A stretch of DNA of 64,000 bases. Origin: Macrostomum lignano (Eukaryota). Positions within the stretch are counted from its first letter, which is position 1. Every line of letters begins with the position of its first letter. The translations under genes and the position numbers were made by a program. Below are positions 41,886-51,680 of the stretch, piece after piece. The notes beneath the pieces are model-generated. The model worked only from the letters and a program-made list of their open reading frames with translations, was not told where the DNA came from and searched no databases. The stretch lies in NCBI GenBank assembly GCA_002269645.1, contig NIVC01003169.1, forward strand, positions 43,146 to 107,145, read 5' to 3'.

Positions 41886-41990
41886 GAAGGACTGCTCAAG
41901 TAGAAGTACGGAAAACTACGTTTCGTGGAAAATTTGTAAGAGGCAGCAGGTTTCACCGAGAAATACATTACGGGGGATAGAGGTTAATAT
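41886..41990. mobile_element. Diverged left arm of the CAAGGAC MITE family
   Basis: GAAGGACTGCTCAAGTAGAAGTACGGAAAACTACGTTTCGTGGAAAATTT resembles 12288-12340. Confidence 0.55.
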
Positions 41991-43249
41991 TCTTTCAGCT
42001 TGACTTTTAAGTTTGACTCAGATTTCAAATCGTTTTGCGGTTTTACCATTCAATAGAGCAGCTGCTAGCCAATGCAGGAATGTTTATGTTGTTCACGGTT
42101 GTAAACACAGTTTAGAAACTTTTGCAGCAGCTATCGTAGATTGTTTATGAAGAAATTGTTTACTTGGAGGGAGTACACATAACATATCCTTTAGTTTTTT
42201 CAGTATTGTGTTGCACTGTATGCGCTGTGAGATGTTGTTCTGCATTCATTAGTGAAACACATGGCTTTTACTCTGCAACATATTTACCACGCGATTTTGT
42301 CAGTGGTTCAAAGTTGCCATTTTTCATTAGGAAGTCTATAGCAATTCCAGTCACAGTCAAGAATTCTCAGCGAGTTGGAGAGCATTTTATTTGTTTTTGA
42401 GCAGATTTTTTTACCTATTCTCAGAAACATTTTTGCCGTTGTGTCCAGTGGCAGTATTATAGAACTTCCAATCAAATAGTTTTTTTGTCCGAACATACGG
42501 AGTGGGTGGCCAGTACGCTTAGTTTTTCAAGTATAGCAGTTTAGCTAGATAGTCCGTCTGTGTATCCGTATTTTATTCTCTTTTGTACCGATTTTCTGTT
42601 CTAAGTTTAAGTCGGTTATGTTAATAATTGAGTAAACCAACGGACATTTTTATAAGGTGGTGGAGGTCAGAGGTGACTTTGGATAATACAAAAATATGCG
42701 TATGCATCCCACTTCAGCAATTAATTATTCGTAAATTAATTCTACCTGACTTATGACTACAACTGTAGCTAAGCGCTCTTGTTGTGTAAACTCAGCTAGA
42801 TTACCAATTTTTTTACAGTCGATGTTTTGTTGATCCGTTGTGTGCGTAGTTTTCTACGAATTTTTATTAGATACTTAAGTTCCACACGATGAATTGGCTA
42901 TAACCCTTGTCTGTCCGTCTCGTTTCTCGAAAAATAATTTGCTGTTGTTTGTTTTTTTAAAATAACTGTGACAAAGACTAGCATTGCTCTACTGTGTCTA
43001 CAATTTGTTTTTTAACACACTAGGAAATATAGCGGATAAACTTCTGCAATTTTGTATCACTTCGTTTTTGTCGCCGGACTACTCGTCATTCGATGTTTCG
43101 GTGTTTTAAACAATTATCTGAAGTATTTTTATGCTTTGCCCACACTTATAAGCCTACTGCAATATTGCCTATATGCAGTAAGCTGCAGTACATACATTAC
43201 AAGCCAACAACAATGAAATGGAGTGCGAACAGACTGCCGGACCCTAATG

Positions 43250-44345
43250 GCACAGGTCAGACAGTTGGATGAGGCAATGGCTCAGGTGAGAGACACAGTT
43301 GGATGATGCAATGAAACAGGTGAGAGACAGTTGGATGGTGCAATAGCACAGGTGAGAGACACAGTTGGATGATGCAATAGCACAGGTGAGAGACACAGTT
43401 GGATGATGCAATAGCACAGGTGAGAGACACAATTGGATGATGCAATGGAACAGGTGAGAGACACAGTTGGATGAGGCAATGAAACAGGTGAGAGACAGTT
43501 AGATGGTGCAATAGCACAGGTGAGAGACAGTTAGATGGTGCAATAGCACAGGTGAGAGACACAGTTGGATGATGCAATAGCACAGGTGAGAGACACAGTT
43601 GGATGATGCAATAGCACAGGTGAGAGACACAATTGGATGATGCAATGGAACAGGTGAGAGACACAGTTGGATGAGGCAATGGAACAGGTGAGAGACACAG
43701 TTGGATAAGGCAATAGCACAGGTGAGAGACAGTTAGATGGTGCAATAGCACAGGTGAGAGACACAGTTGGATGATGCAATAGCACAGGTGAGAGACACAG
43801 TTGGATGATGCAATAGCACAGGTGAGAGACACAATTGGATGATGCAATGGAACAGGTGAGAGACACAGTTGGATGAGGCAATGGAACAGGTGAGAGACAC
43901 AGTTGGATGAGGCAATAGCACAGGTGAGAGACAGTTGGATGGTGCAATAGCACAGGTGAGAGACACAGTTGGATGATGCAATAGCACAGGTGAGAGACAC
44001 AGTTGGATGATGCAATAGCACAGGTGAGAGACACAATTGGATGATGCAATGGAACAGGTGAGAGACACAGTTGGATGAGGCAATGGAACAGGTGAGAGAC
44101 ACAGTTGGATGAGGCAATAGCACAGGTGAGAGACAGTTGGATGATGCAATGAAACAGGTGAGAGACAGTTGGATGGTGCAATAGCACAGGTGAGAGACAC
44201 AGTTGGATGATGCAATGGAACAGGTGAGAGACACAATTGGATGATGCAATAGCACAGGTGAGAGACACAGTTGGATGATGCAATGGAACAGGTGAGAGAC
44301 ACAGTTGGATGAGGCAATAGCACAGGTGAGAGACAGTTGGATGAT
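43250..44345. repeat. 34/32-bp minisatellite, ~32 units
   Basis: Unit TTGGATGA(T/G)GCAAT(A/G)G(C/A)ACAGGTGAGAGAC(AC)AG; inverted relative to the array at 46180-46496. Confidence 0.95.
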
Positions 44346-44885
44346 GTAATGGTCTCAATCGCAGACAGCTCTTTTGCGAACAGAGGTATTTGAAAATCAA
44401 CAAAAAGAGACAATAATAGAGACACCAGATTTTATCAGCGTAAGAGCTGTTTGACGTGGAAATACATATAAGCAGCATCATAAATCATTATTTTCAAATA
44501 AAAGAATTCAATTATCAAGATACGTGATCAAATGAAGGGCTAACCCCTAGGACTTTCTAACTGAGGCAAAACACAAAACAATATGAAAATTCTGTTACCA
44601 ATATAAATAGCAGAATCAATACATTTAATGGTGTCGAATCGTTAAAACAAAATTGAACATGATCGATATGATGAGAAACTAATTCTTGATTGCGGCCATA
44701 ATTTTTGCAAACTATCATCATAGTGGAAGTTAAGCTGCATAAGAGAATAAATGAGGATACAGCAAAGCGATATAAACACATTTTGTGACAACATAAATGA
44801 GATAAGCGCTGGTCAATAAGACATGCTCAGGACAACAGACTAGTACATGGACTACTAAATGTCTGGAATCTCCCTTCCATTCAGC

Positions 44886-46873
44886 TCAGTCCGAGTCCGA
44901 ATCGGACGACCTTCCATCCGTAGCAGCGTCGCGAATTTTCCGACCGCCGTTTGTCGCCACAGCGTCAGACTCGGCCAAACCGGCGTGTCCGGCACCCCTG
45001 GCCAGTCGGACAGCCTGTCCGTCCGCCAGCAGCGCCTCCGAGAGGACGCCGAATCTGTGGGACAGGCACATAGGTTGGCGCTTTAGTTGGCAGTCTCGGA
45101 TTTATATTCACAATCACTAGAGCCATCATGGCACTGAGCACAGGCTGCAATCACTCAAGCCTGCATCCAACTCACTGAGCACAGGCTGCAATCACTCAAG
45201 CCTGCATCCAACTCACTGAGCACAGGCTGCAATCACTCAAGCCTGCATCCAACTCACTGAGCACAGGCTGCAATCACTCAAGCCTGCACCCAACTCACTG
45301 AGCACAGGCTGCAATCACTCAAGCCTGCATCCAACTCACTGAGCACAGGCTGCAATCACTCAAGCCTGCACCTAACGCACAGAGCACAGGCTGCAATCAC
45401 TCAAGCCTGCATCCAACTCACTGAGCACAGGCTGCAATCACTCAAGCCTGCACCCAACTCACTGAGCACAGGCTGCAATCACTCAAGCCTGCATCCAACT
45501 CACTGAGCACAGGCTGCAATCACTCAAGCCTGCACCTAACGCACAGAGCACAGGCTGCAATCACTCAAGCCTGCACCTAACGCACAGAGCACAGGCTGCA
45601 ATCACTCAAGCCTGCACCTAACGCACAGAGCACAGGCTACAACCATAGTGGTGTCGCAGCATTGAAAAGCAACCAAAAGCAAGTGCTCAGCGGACTCACT
45701 CAGTAAGAAAAGACTCCAATTGGTTCGTAGAGCATTGATCTCCCAGTTCTCTGCCCAGCGCCACAAAGCTACTGGTGACCTCGCCGGCCTTGTACACAAC
45801 TAATGCTGGCAGGCCGCGCTCTATAAACCTGCGCGACACCAGAGCCTGAGACGCCTGGATGCGGCAGAATTTCACTGTCAGATAGCGGCCAGCGAGTTCG
45901 TCCAGTGCAGCATTGACTGCAGCGCAAGCCGGCTCCTCGATGGAATCATAGATGTGCACCAAGACTTTCACATCTGGCGATTCAGCGTCCACCGCCTGTA
46001 CAAAACTGCCCCGGTCCAGGTGGACAACTCGGCCAAACAGCTTCCGCTGGGCAAGAGATTGGCGCATCTCCTCTATGCGCTGACGACGGTACTGCACTAG
46101 AAACTCGTCGTCAATCTGGGGATGAATCAATTCGAATGACTTGATTAGACTGAGTTAATGCTCTTAGAGCTGGGTTTTCTGTGTCTCTCACCTGTACCAT
46201 TGCCTCATCCAACTGTGTCTCTCACCTGTGCTATTGCCTCATCCAACTGTGTCTCTCACCTGTGCCATTGCATCATCCAACTGTCTCTCACCTGTGCTAT
46301 TGCCTCATCCAACTGTGTCTCTCACCTGAGCCATTGCCTCATCCAACTGTGTCTCTCACCTGAGCCATTGCCTCATCCAACTGTGTCTCTCACCTGAGCC
46401 ATTGCCTCATCCAACTGTGTCTCTCACCTGTGCTATTGCCTCATCCAACTGTGTCTCTCACCTGTGCTATTGCATCATCCAACTGTGTCTCTCACCTGTG
46501 TCATCGCCTCCTCCAATTCAGCGTCCAGCTGCGCCTCTCGCTCATCCTCCGCGGCAGTTCTGCAAGCGGTGGCCGCCGATAGCCTGGCCGCCAGGGCCAG
46601 CCGCTCCGCCTCCTGGTCGGTGCGGGCCTCTGCTTCAAGCTGTTTGAATCGGCGCCAGTCTGCCACAACGCCTTTTGGCCCGGTGTTGGTGGCAGCGCCG
46701 CGCCACTCTCGTGGCTCCTCCAGCTGCTGCTGAGGCTGCTGCTGCTGCACCCTGTGCTCCCTCTCGTCGCCAGCTTCATCGCCACTGTCTCCCTCGTCGT
46801 CGCTGCCGCTGCTGCTACTGCAGTAGTTGTGCACCTTTTCGCCTAGCAACCGATCGTCTAGAGACAAAGCCAT
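44886..46873 (-). CDS. PDCL: Phosducin-like protein 1 (PhLP1), ~320 aa
   Basis: Exons 46873-46496, 46115-45700, 45054-44886. N-terminus MALSLDDRLLGEKVHNYCSSS, signature NTGPKGVVADWRRFKQLE, DDEFLVQYRRQRIEEM, thioredoxin-like domain with GLPALVVYKAGE, acidic SDSDSD tail. Confidence 0.92.
45135..45640. repeat. 41-bp minisatellite, ~12 units, PhLP1 intron 2
   Basis: Unit GAGCACAGGCTGCAATCACTCAAGCCTGCATCCAACTCACT. Confidence 0.95.
46180..46496 (-). repeat. 34/32-bp minisatellite, 9 units plus the real junction, PhLP1 intron 1
   Basis: CTCACCTG recurs at 46187, 46221, 46255, 46287, 46321, 46355, 46389, 46423, 46457 and 46491. Confidence 0.95.
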
Positions 46874-46977
46874 GGCTAAATATTTAGTCAGTTTTCTGAA
46901 ACATGCACAAAGATCAAAATGCAAATCAGTATCTTCTTTAATGTGGTGAGAATAGAGACAAATGCTTGAAGTGACAC

Positions 46978-47385
46978 TCGGTTGAAGAGAACTAGATTCT
47001 GGTGGAGGTTGAGGGCGGTGGAACTGGGGACGGAGACACTTCCGGTTGAAGAGAACTAGATTCTGGTAGAGGCTGAGGGCGGTGGAACTGGGGACGGAGA
47101 CACTTCCGGTTGAAGAGAACTAGATTCTGGTGGAGGTTGAGGGCGGTGGAACTGGGGACGGAGACACTTCCGGTTGAAGAGAACTAGATTCTGGTAGAGG
47201 CTGAGGGCGGTGGAACTGGGGACGGAGACACCGGTTCCGGCTGAAGAGAACTAGATTCTGGTAGAGGCTGAGGGCGGTGGAACTGGGGACGGAGACACTT
47301 CCGGTTGAAGAGAACTAGATTCTGGTGGAGGTTGAGGGCGGTGGAACTGGGGACGGAGATACGGTCAGACACCGGTTCCGGCTGT
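46978..47385. repeat. ~64-bp minisatellite, ~6 units, upstream of the PhLP1 ATG
   Basis: Unit TTCCGGTTGAAGAGAACTAGATTCTGGT(G/A)GAGG(T/C)TGAGGGCGGTGGAACTGGGGACGGAGACAC. Confidence 0.93.
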
Positions 47386-48166
47386 TAAGACTATCCAGGT
47401 AAAAAATGAAGCTATAATCTGAGTTGACAGCAGCAACAGCGCTGTATTAAAAAAACAAAGAACGCGCCAACATTTATTTATACAGACAAACATACGAGTT
47501 GCTAGTCTCTAGTCAGCATGGAGTATTAGCACCTTAGAAACTAGACTGGTAACATCTCCGAAGAACATAAAGATGGAAATATTTGCTAGGCGTGTACATA
47601 TGCCTCAGTAAATTATTCTTGGGTAAAAATAACAGCTTCGCAAACACAACGAACGACATACGAGCAGTTCTTTGTCTCCTAGCTAAGCAATTATCATTTG
47701 TAATCGCTTAAAAGCCATCGTAACTAACTGGTCATATGTAAGTAGTGAATTTCGGCAAAAATAATCTTGACAGTACATAATGACACAGCCAGCTCTTCAA
47801 TTATAGGAGATATGCCTAGCAGATACCGAACAATGTCTTTCTGTGCTACTGCCAATAGCTAATTACGGGCAACATGGACAAGCAGTGCTTAACATTTTTA
47901 TTCACGGTCAGATAAAAGCAAGAGATAAACAATACAATAAAAATCAAGTTACGGCGCTGGCACAGAAGAGCAATGATGACACAATTTTAAACTCTTTGTA
48001 CATGCACTGCTGGCAGGGTCCGCCAACTGGACGCGTATAAATATTGGCCATTCATACATTATTCCTCTTTTATCGAAACATATACGAAACGATGTACAGT
48101 TATATGGCGACTATAAAACCGCAATTCTATGCGCTGGAAATATCAGTCAGTAAGCAAGAGAAAAAG

Positions 48167-48197
<31 letters not shown>

Positions 48198-48370
48198 TGT
48201 CAATAAGCTTTGTGAAAGTTCTACAGCTTGATACAAATTAGGGTAAATTTTACAGCGAGAATTTTTTAACCGCTGATTTAAACTCTGCATTCACTCCCCT
48301 ATAAGCAGCTCGAGGCATCTAAAGAGACAGCTAAGTGACTAAATACTAGTTTAAATAAGTGTCTTTCTCA

Positions 48371-48733
48371 GGGGGCCGTAGCCCAGCGGTAGCGCAGCCG
48401 CTCTGGTGTGCCAGCGACCCAGGCTCGATTCCAAGTGCAGTCACATTAATTTGGGGCTGAATTAGAATATCGGCTTGGCTCTGCTCGTGCAATTAACGGC
48501 CTTGAGAGCCAACCCCCCAAGGCGCAGTGAAGTGTACATGCCTAACGATAAAATAAAGTTAGGGCCGCTGTACACTCCTGTGTGAGTGTGTGCCTGCGTA
48601 CGTATCCGCGCGCTTGTATGCCTGCTCAGGGGAGTCGGCGGAATGGGCAGTAATGCCTCTCGCCGGTTGTGTGCCTATGTCGCTTAAAGTGCGCCAGGGT
48701 GCACACAACCCCCCTGCCTCTAATAATAATAAA
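48371..48733 (+). mobile_element. tRNA-headed SINE, family 1
   Basis: GGGGCCGTAGCCCAGCGGT (A box), GGCTCGATTCC (B-box-like), (TAA)n tail; close paralog at 1-323. Confidence 0.75.
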
Positions 48734-49832
48734 AGTGTCTTTCTCAAAGACACATTGCTTGTTCCGAGTTGGTCGGGAATCGAAGCCCCGACTTTTCAGT
48801 TGCGAGCCCCACTGTAACCTCGAGGCTACAACCCTAACCCTAAATAGTAAAAATAAACACTTTGAGAGCTGCTGTTTACAAAACTATTCAGAAATTAAGT
48901 CGAGTACGTTTAACGTTTCTCTCATCATAACTGCTAGCTTAGAAGGTTTGATGTTGAGCAGAGAAGCTGATCTAGCAATATTCAACTCATAAATAGTACT
49001 TATAACTGCATTTTAAACTATGATGCAGCACTAGCTTGGCTCGGATTGCACGGCTAGAATTAAGCATCTATGCACTACATGGTAGAAACATCGATTCGAA
49101 AGCCATATTGAAATACAACTGGCTATGCCGGCTATTTAATACAATATTTATAAAACTATCCGTCGAAAGCAACGCACAATGCACCAAAAACAGATCAAAG
49201 AGTTTTTAAACATGGATAGTGCTACGGAATATACCATCTAGATTAGAAAAGAAAGCAGGAAAGAACACAAAATAAGGACAATAATCTGGAATAATCAACA
49301 CAGTTTTAGCACAAAAATGAGAATAATCTACAGTTCTTGCTTCAAGAGATTGAAATTTAAATATTCTGTTTAATCCTGTTAGTCAGGCACCATTTATCAA
49401 CGATATTAAATAATTATTAGCACGAAATTAAACTACCTATTCTATCAATAATAAAAAGGGACACTATTAGTATTAGAACGCTCAGCATGAAAACTACAAG
49501 CGATACTAAAACACTTTACGTTGACTGTAACATAAGGACAGTAAATTGACAAAAACTTGAACTGTTTATGTTCACAACAGATATCGCCAGAACACTTTTA
49601 TAAAGACACCAAAATATCACACCACAAATTATCGCTAAGTTCCAGGCATTTTTTCAATCACTGAATATTTCAAATCAAATATTTATTATTTCGAACTAAC
49701 TAGTGCTCAATGATGGTACAAAGACTTCTATTATGTATTAATTCTCATTGCTGCAAACCAATCCACTTTAGAGACGCAATTATGGCCGAACAAATCCTGA
49801 AGCGACAGGGACACTGCATCAAAATTGTCAAG

Positions 49833-51680
49833 TCAGGGAGAGTTGGGAGCTGACAGTGAGCCAACGCCAGTCACGCTGCAAGGTGAGACAGGCTCGCTAA
49901 TACCGCCAACTAGACTGCTATTGGCTGGTGAGGCAACGGCTGCGCTAGCAGCTGCCGCGCCCGATGCTGCAGCAGAAGCGGTAGCCAGCGGAAGAACCTT
50001 CCTGGAGAACCAGACAGGCAAGAGGAAGGCGGAAGATTTCAGCCGATCGATCGAACGCTGGGACACGGAACGGTACTCAGGCAGCTCCAACAGCTGGAGA
50101 ACCTCGTCCAGCAGAAGGAGGTAGGTGCGCGCACCTGACGACGAGCTGAGATGAGCTCGCTCTACAAGATACCGCTTGTCCTCAGCGTCACACAGGTAGC
50201 GGTACAGGTGACGGTGCCTATCGTAGACACGCTGACAGCCACGGGAGACAAGGCCCAGGCAGCGGTTCACACAGCTGCCAACTACAAAGCTGGTATCGGG
50301 ACCAACGCTGGCACGGTCTGAATTGGCACCTGCTGATAAAGAATGAGACTCGCCGTCCAAGCGGTAGGCACTGAATGGGCTATTGCTATTGCCGAAACTT
50401 TCGCCTTGTTGCTGCCCTTGTAACGCTTGGTGAGTTGTTGCAGAATTAGCAAATTGTGCTGCCAGATCCTCAGCTACAGCACGATAGAAGCTGGCCTTAT
50501 GCTGCTGCTGATATTCTGTTTGTTCATCGTCCTGGCATTCGCAGGAGCGGATATTGCTCAGACAGGGCTGCACGTAGCTGTCAAAGTAGCCGGCCAATAG
50601 GCTGTCAATGTCAGCACGGATTCGGCGCTGCAGACAGCCGTGTACTAAGCGAATGGCCTGCTGACTATCCAGATGAAGCTCGGCGCCAGCTCGTATTAGC
50701 AGAGAGTTTGCCAGATTTTTACGCTTTTTCACTGACGTGGAAGCTGGCAGCGCCGAGGATGAAGAGACACATACGGAAGAGACTCTTGCCTTGTCAACTC
50801 GGCCGCTTAAAATACCGTCAGACGTTTTACTGCGCTCAAATTCAACAATACTGTCGGCAATGTTTCTGCGGCGACTCATTGACAGGCGAAATGCAACCAT
50901 GCCAGCCGGCCTCATGCTTTTGCAGTCCTCCTGATTTGATGGCGGCAACGGAGCTGGAAGATTTGGCACAGCGGGATCCGCTTCAAGACTGGGGCCACAC
51001 TGTACACCGTTGTCAACTGTCTGCGGAGGAGTCAGCGATACTAGGGAGAGCGAAGGGGGAGGCGTAGACTGAGACTGCTGCTGCCTCGCGTCGTCGATAA
51101 CTAAAGAAGGTGGAGGGCGAAATCCCCCGCCACTGTTGCCGCCGCTTGCCATAACTGAAAGTGACGGCAACTGCTGCTGTTGAAGCTGCTGATGCTGCTG
51201 TACAACAATCGGCAAACGAGGCTTGGGCTGGTGCACAGTAATTGCACTGCTGACAGGCTGTAATACCAGATGCTGCTGTTGTTGGATTGACGTTGACTGG
51301 TTGCTACTGGAAGATACTGATGGGACAAAATCATGGAAGGGCATGCGGCTGTGAACGCTGCTATTAACTCCACCAAAAGCGCCATGATGATTTAACTGAA
51401 ACTGCTGCGGATGTTGCGACTGTAGCTGGTGCTGAAAAGACTGCTGTTGATTATTTATCTGCTGCTGCTGTTGAAAGCTTGCAGCAGCAGCCCCCAGCTG
51501 GGATGAAGCTGGATAGACAGCAGTCGAGAGGCCAGACTGAATTAGACCAGAAGTCCGGTTGCTGTTAACTAACAATGAGCTGAGAATAGACTGACTGTTG
51601 GCATTGCCAGCGCTGTTGCCACTTCTACTAGGCAGAAGCATAGCGCCATTGACCCGGTTAAATGTTGGTGGCCCCGACAT
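49833..51680 (-). CDS. DNTTIP1: DNTTIP1/TdIF1 (SAEG-2)-like MiDAC subunit, single coding exon, 615 aa with a long Q/S-rich N-terminus
   Basis: Dimerisation-like segment AIRLVHGCLQRRIRADIDSLLAGY and C-terminal domain TSFVVGSCVNRCLGL...RVYDRHRHLYRYLCDAEDKRYL...YLLLLDEV...FLLPVWFSRKV match my recollection of DNTTIP1 (FIMGARANKALG...RIYIKHPHLFKYAADPQDKHWL...YLLIEEDI...FVLPSWM). Not database-verified. Confidence 0.78.
   Translation of the reverse strand: MSGPPTFNRVNGAMLLPSRSGNSAGNANSQSILSSLLVNSNRTSGLIQSGLSTAVYPASSQLGAAAASFQQQQQINNQQQSFQHQLQSQHPQQFQLNHHGAFGGVNSSVHSRMPFHDFVPSVSSSSNQSTSIQQQQHLVLQPVSSAITVHQPKPRLPIVVQQHQQLQQQQLPSLSVMASGGNSGGGFRPPPSLVIDDARQQQSQSTPPPSLSLVSLTPPQTVDNGVQCGPSLEADPAVPNLPAPLPPSNQEDCKSMRPAGMVAFRLSMSRRRNIADSIVEFERSKTSDGILSGRVDKARVSSVCVSSSSALPASTSVKKRKNLANSLLIRAGAELHLDSQQAIRLVHGCLQRRIRADIDSLLAGYFDSYVQPCLSNIRSCECQDDEQTEYQQQHKASFYRAVAEDLAAQFANSATTHQALQGQQQGESFGNSNSPFSAYRLDGESHSLSAGANSDRASVGPDTSFVVGSCVNRCLGLVSRGCQRVYDRHRHLYRYLCDAEDKRYLVERAHLSSSSGARTYLLLLDEVLQLLELPEYRSVSQRSIDRLKSSAFLLPVWFSRKVLPLATASAAASGAAAASAAVASPANSSLVGGISEPVSPCSVTGVGSLSAPNSP

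Noticed and set aside
43244-44481. Long Cys/His/Leu-rich ORFs up to 332 aa
   Set aside because: Translations of the 34/32-bp array; they change frame with each unit and show no protein features.
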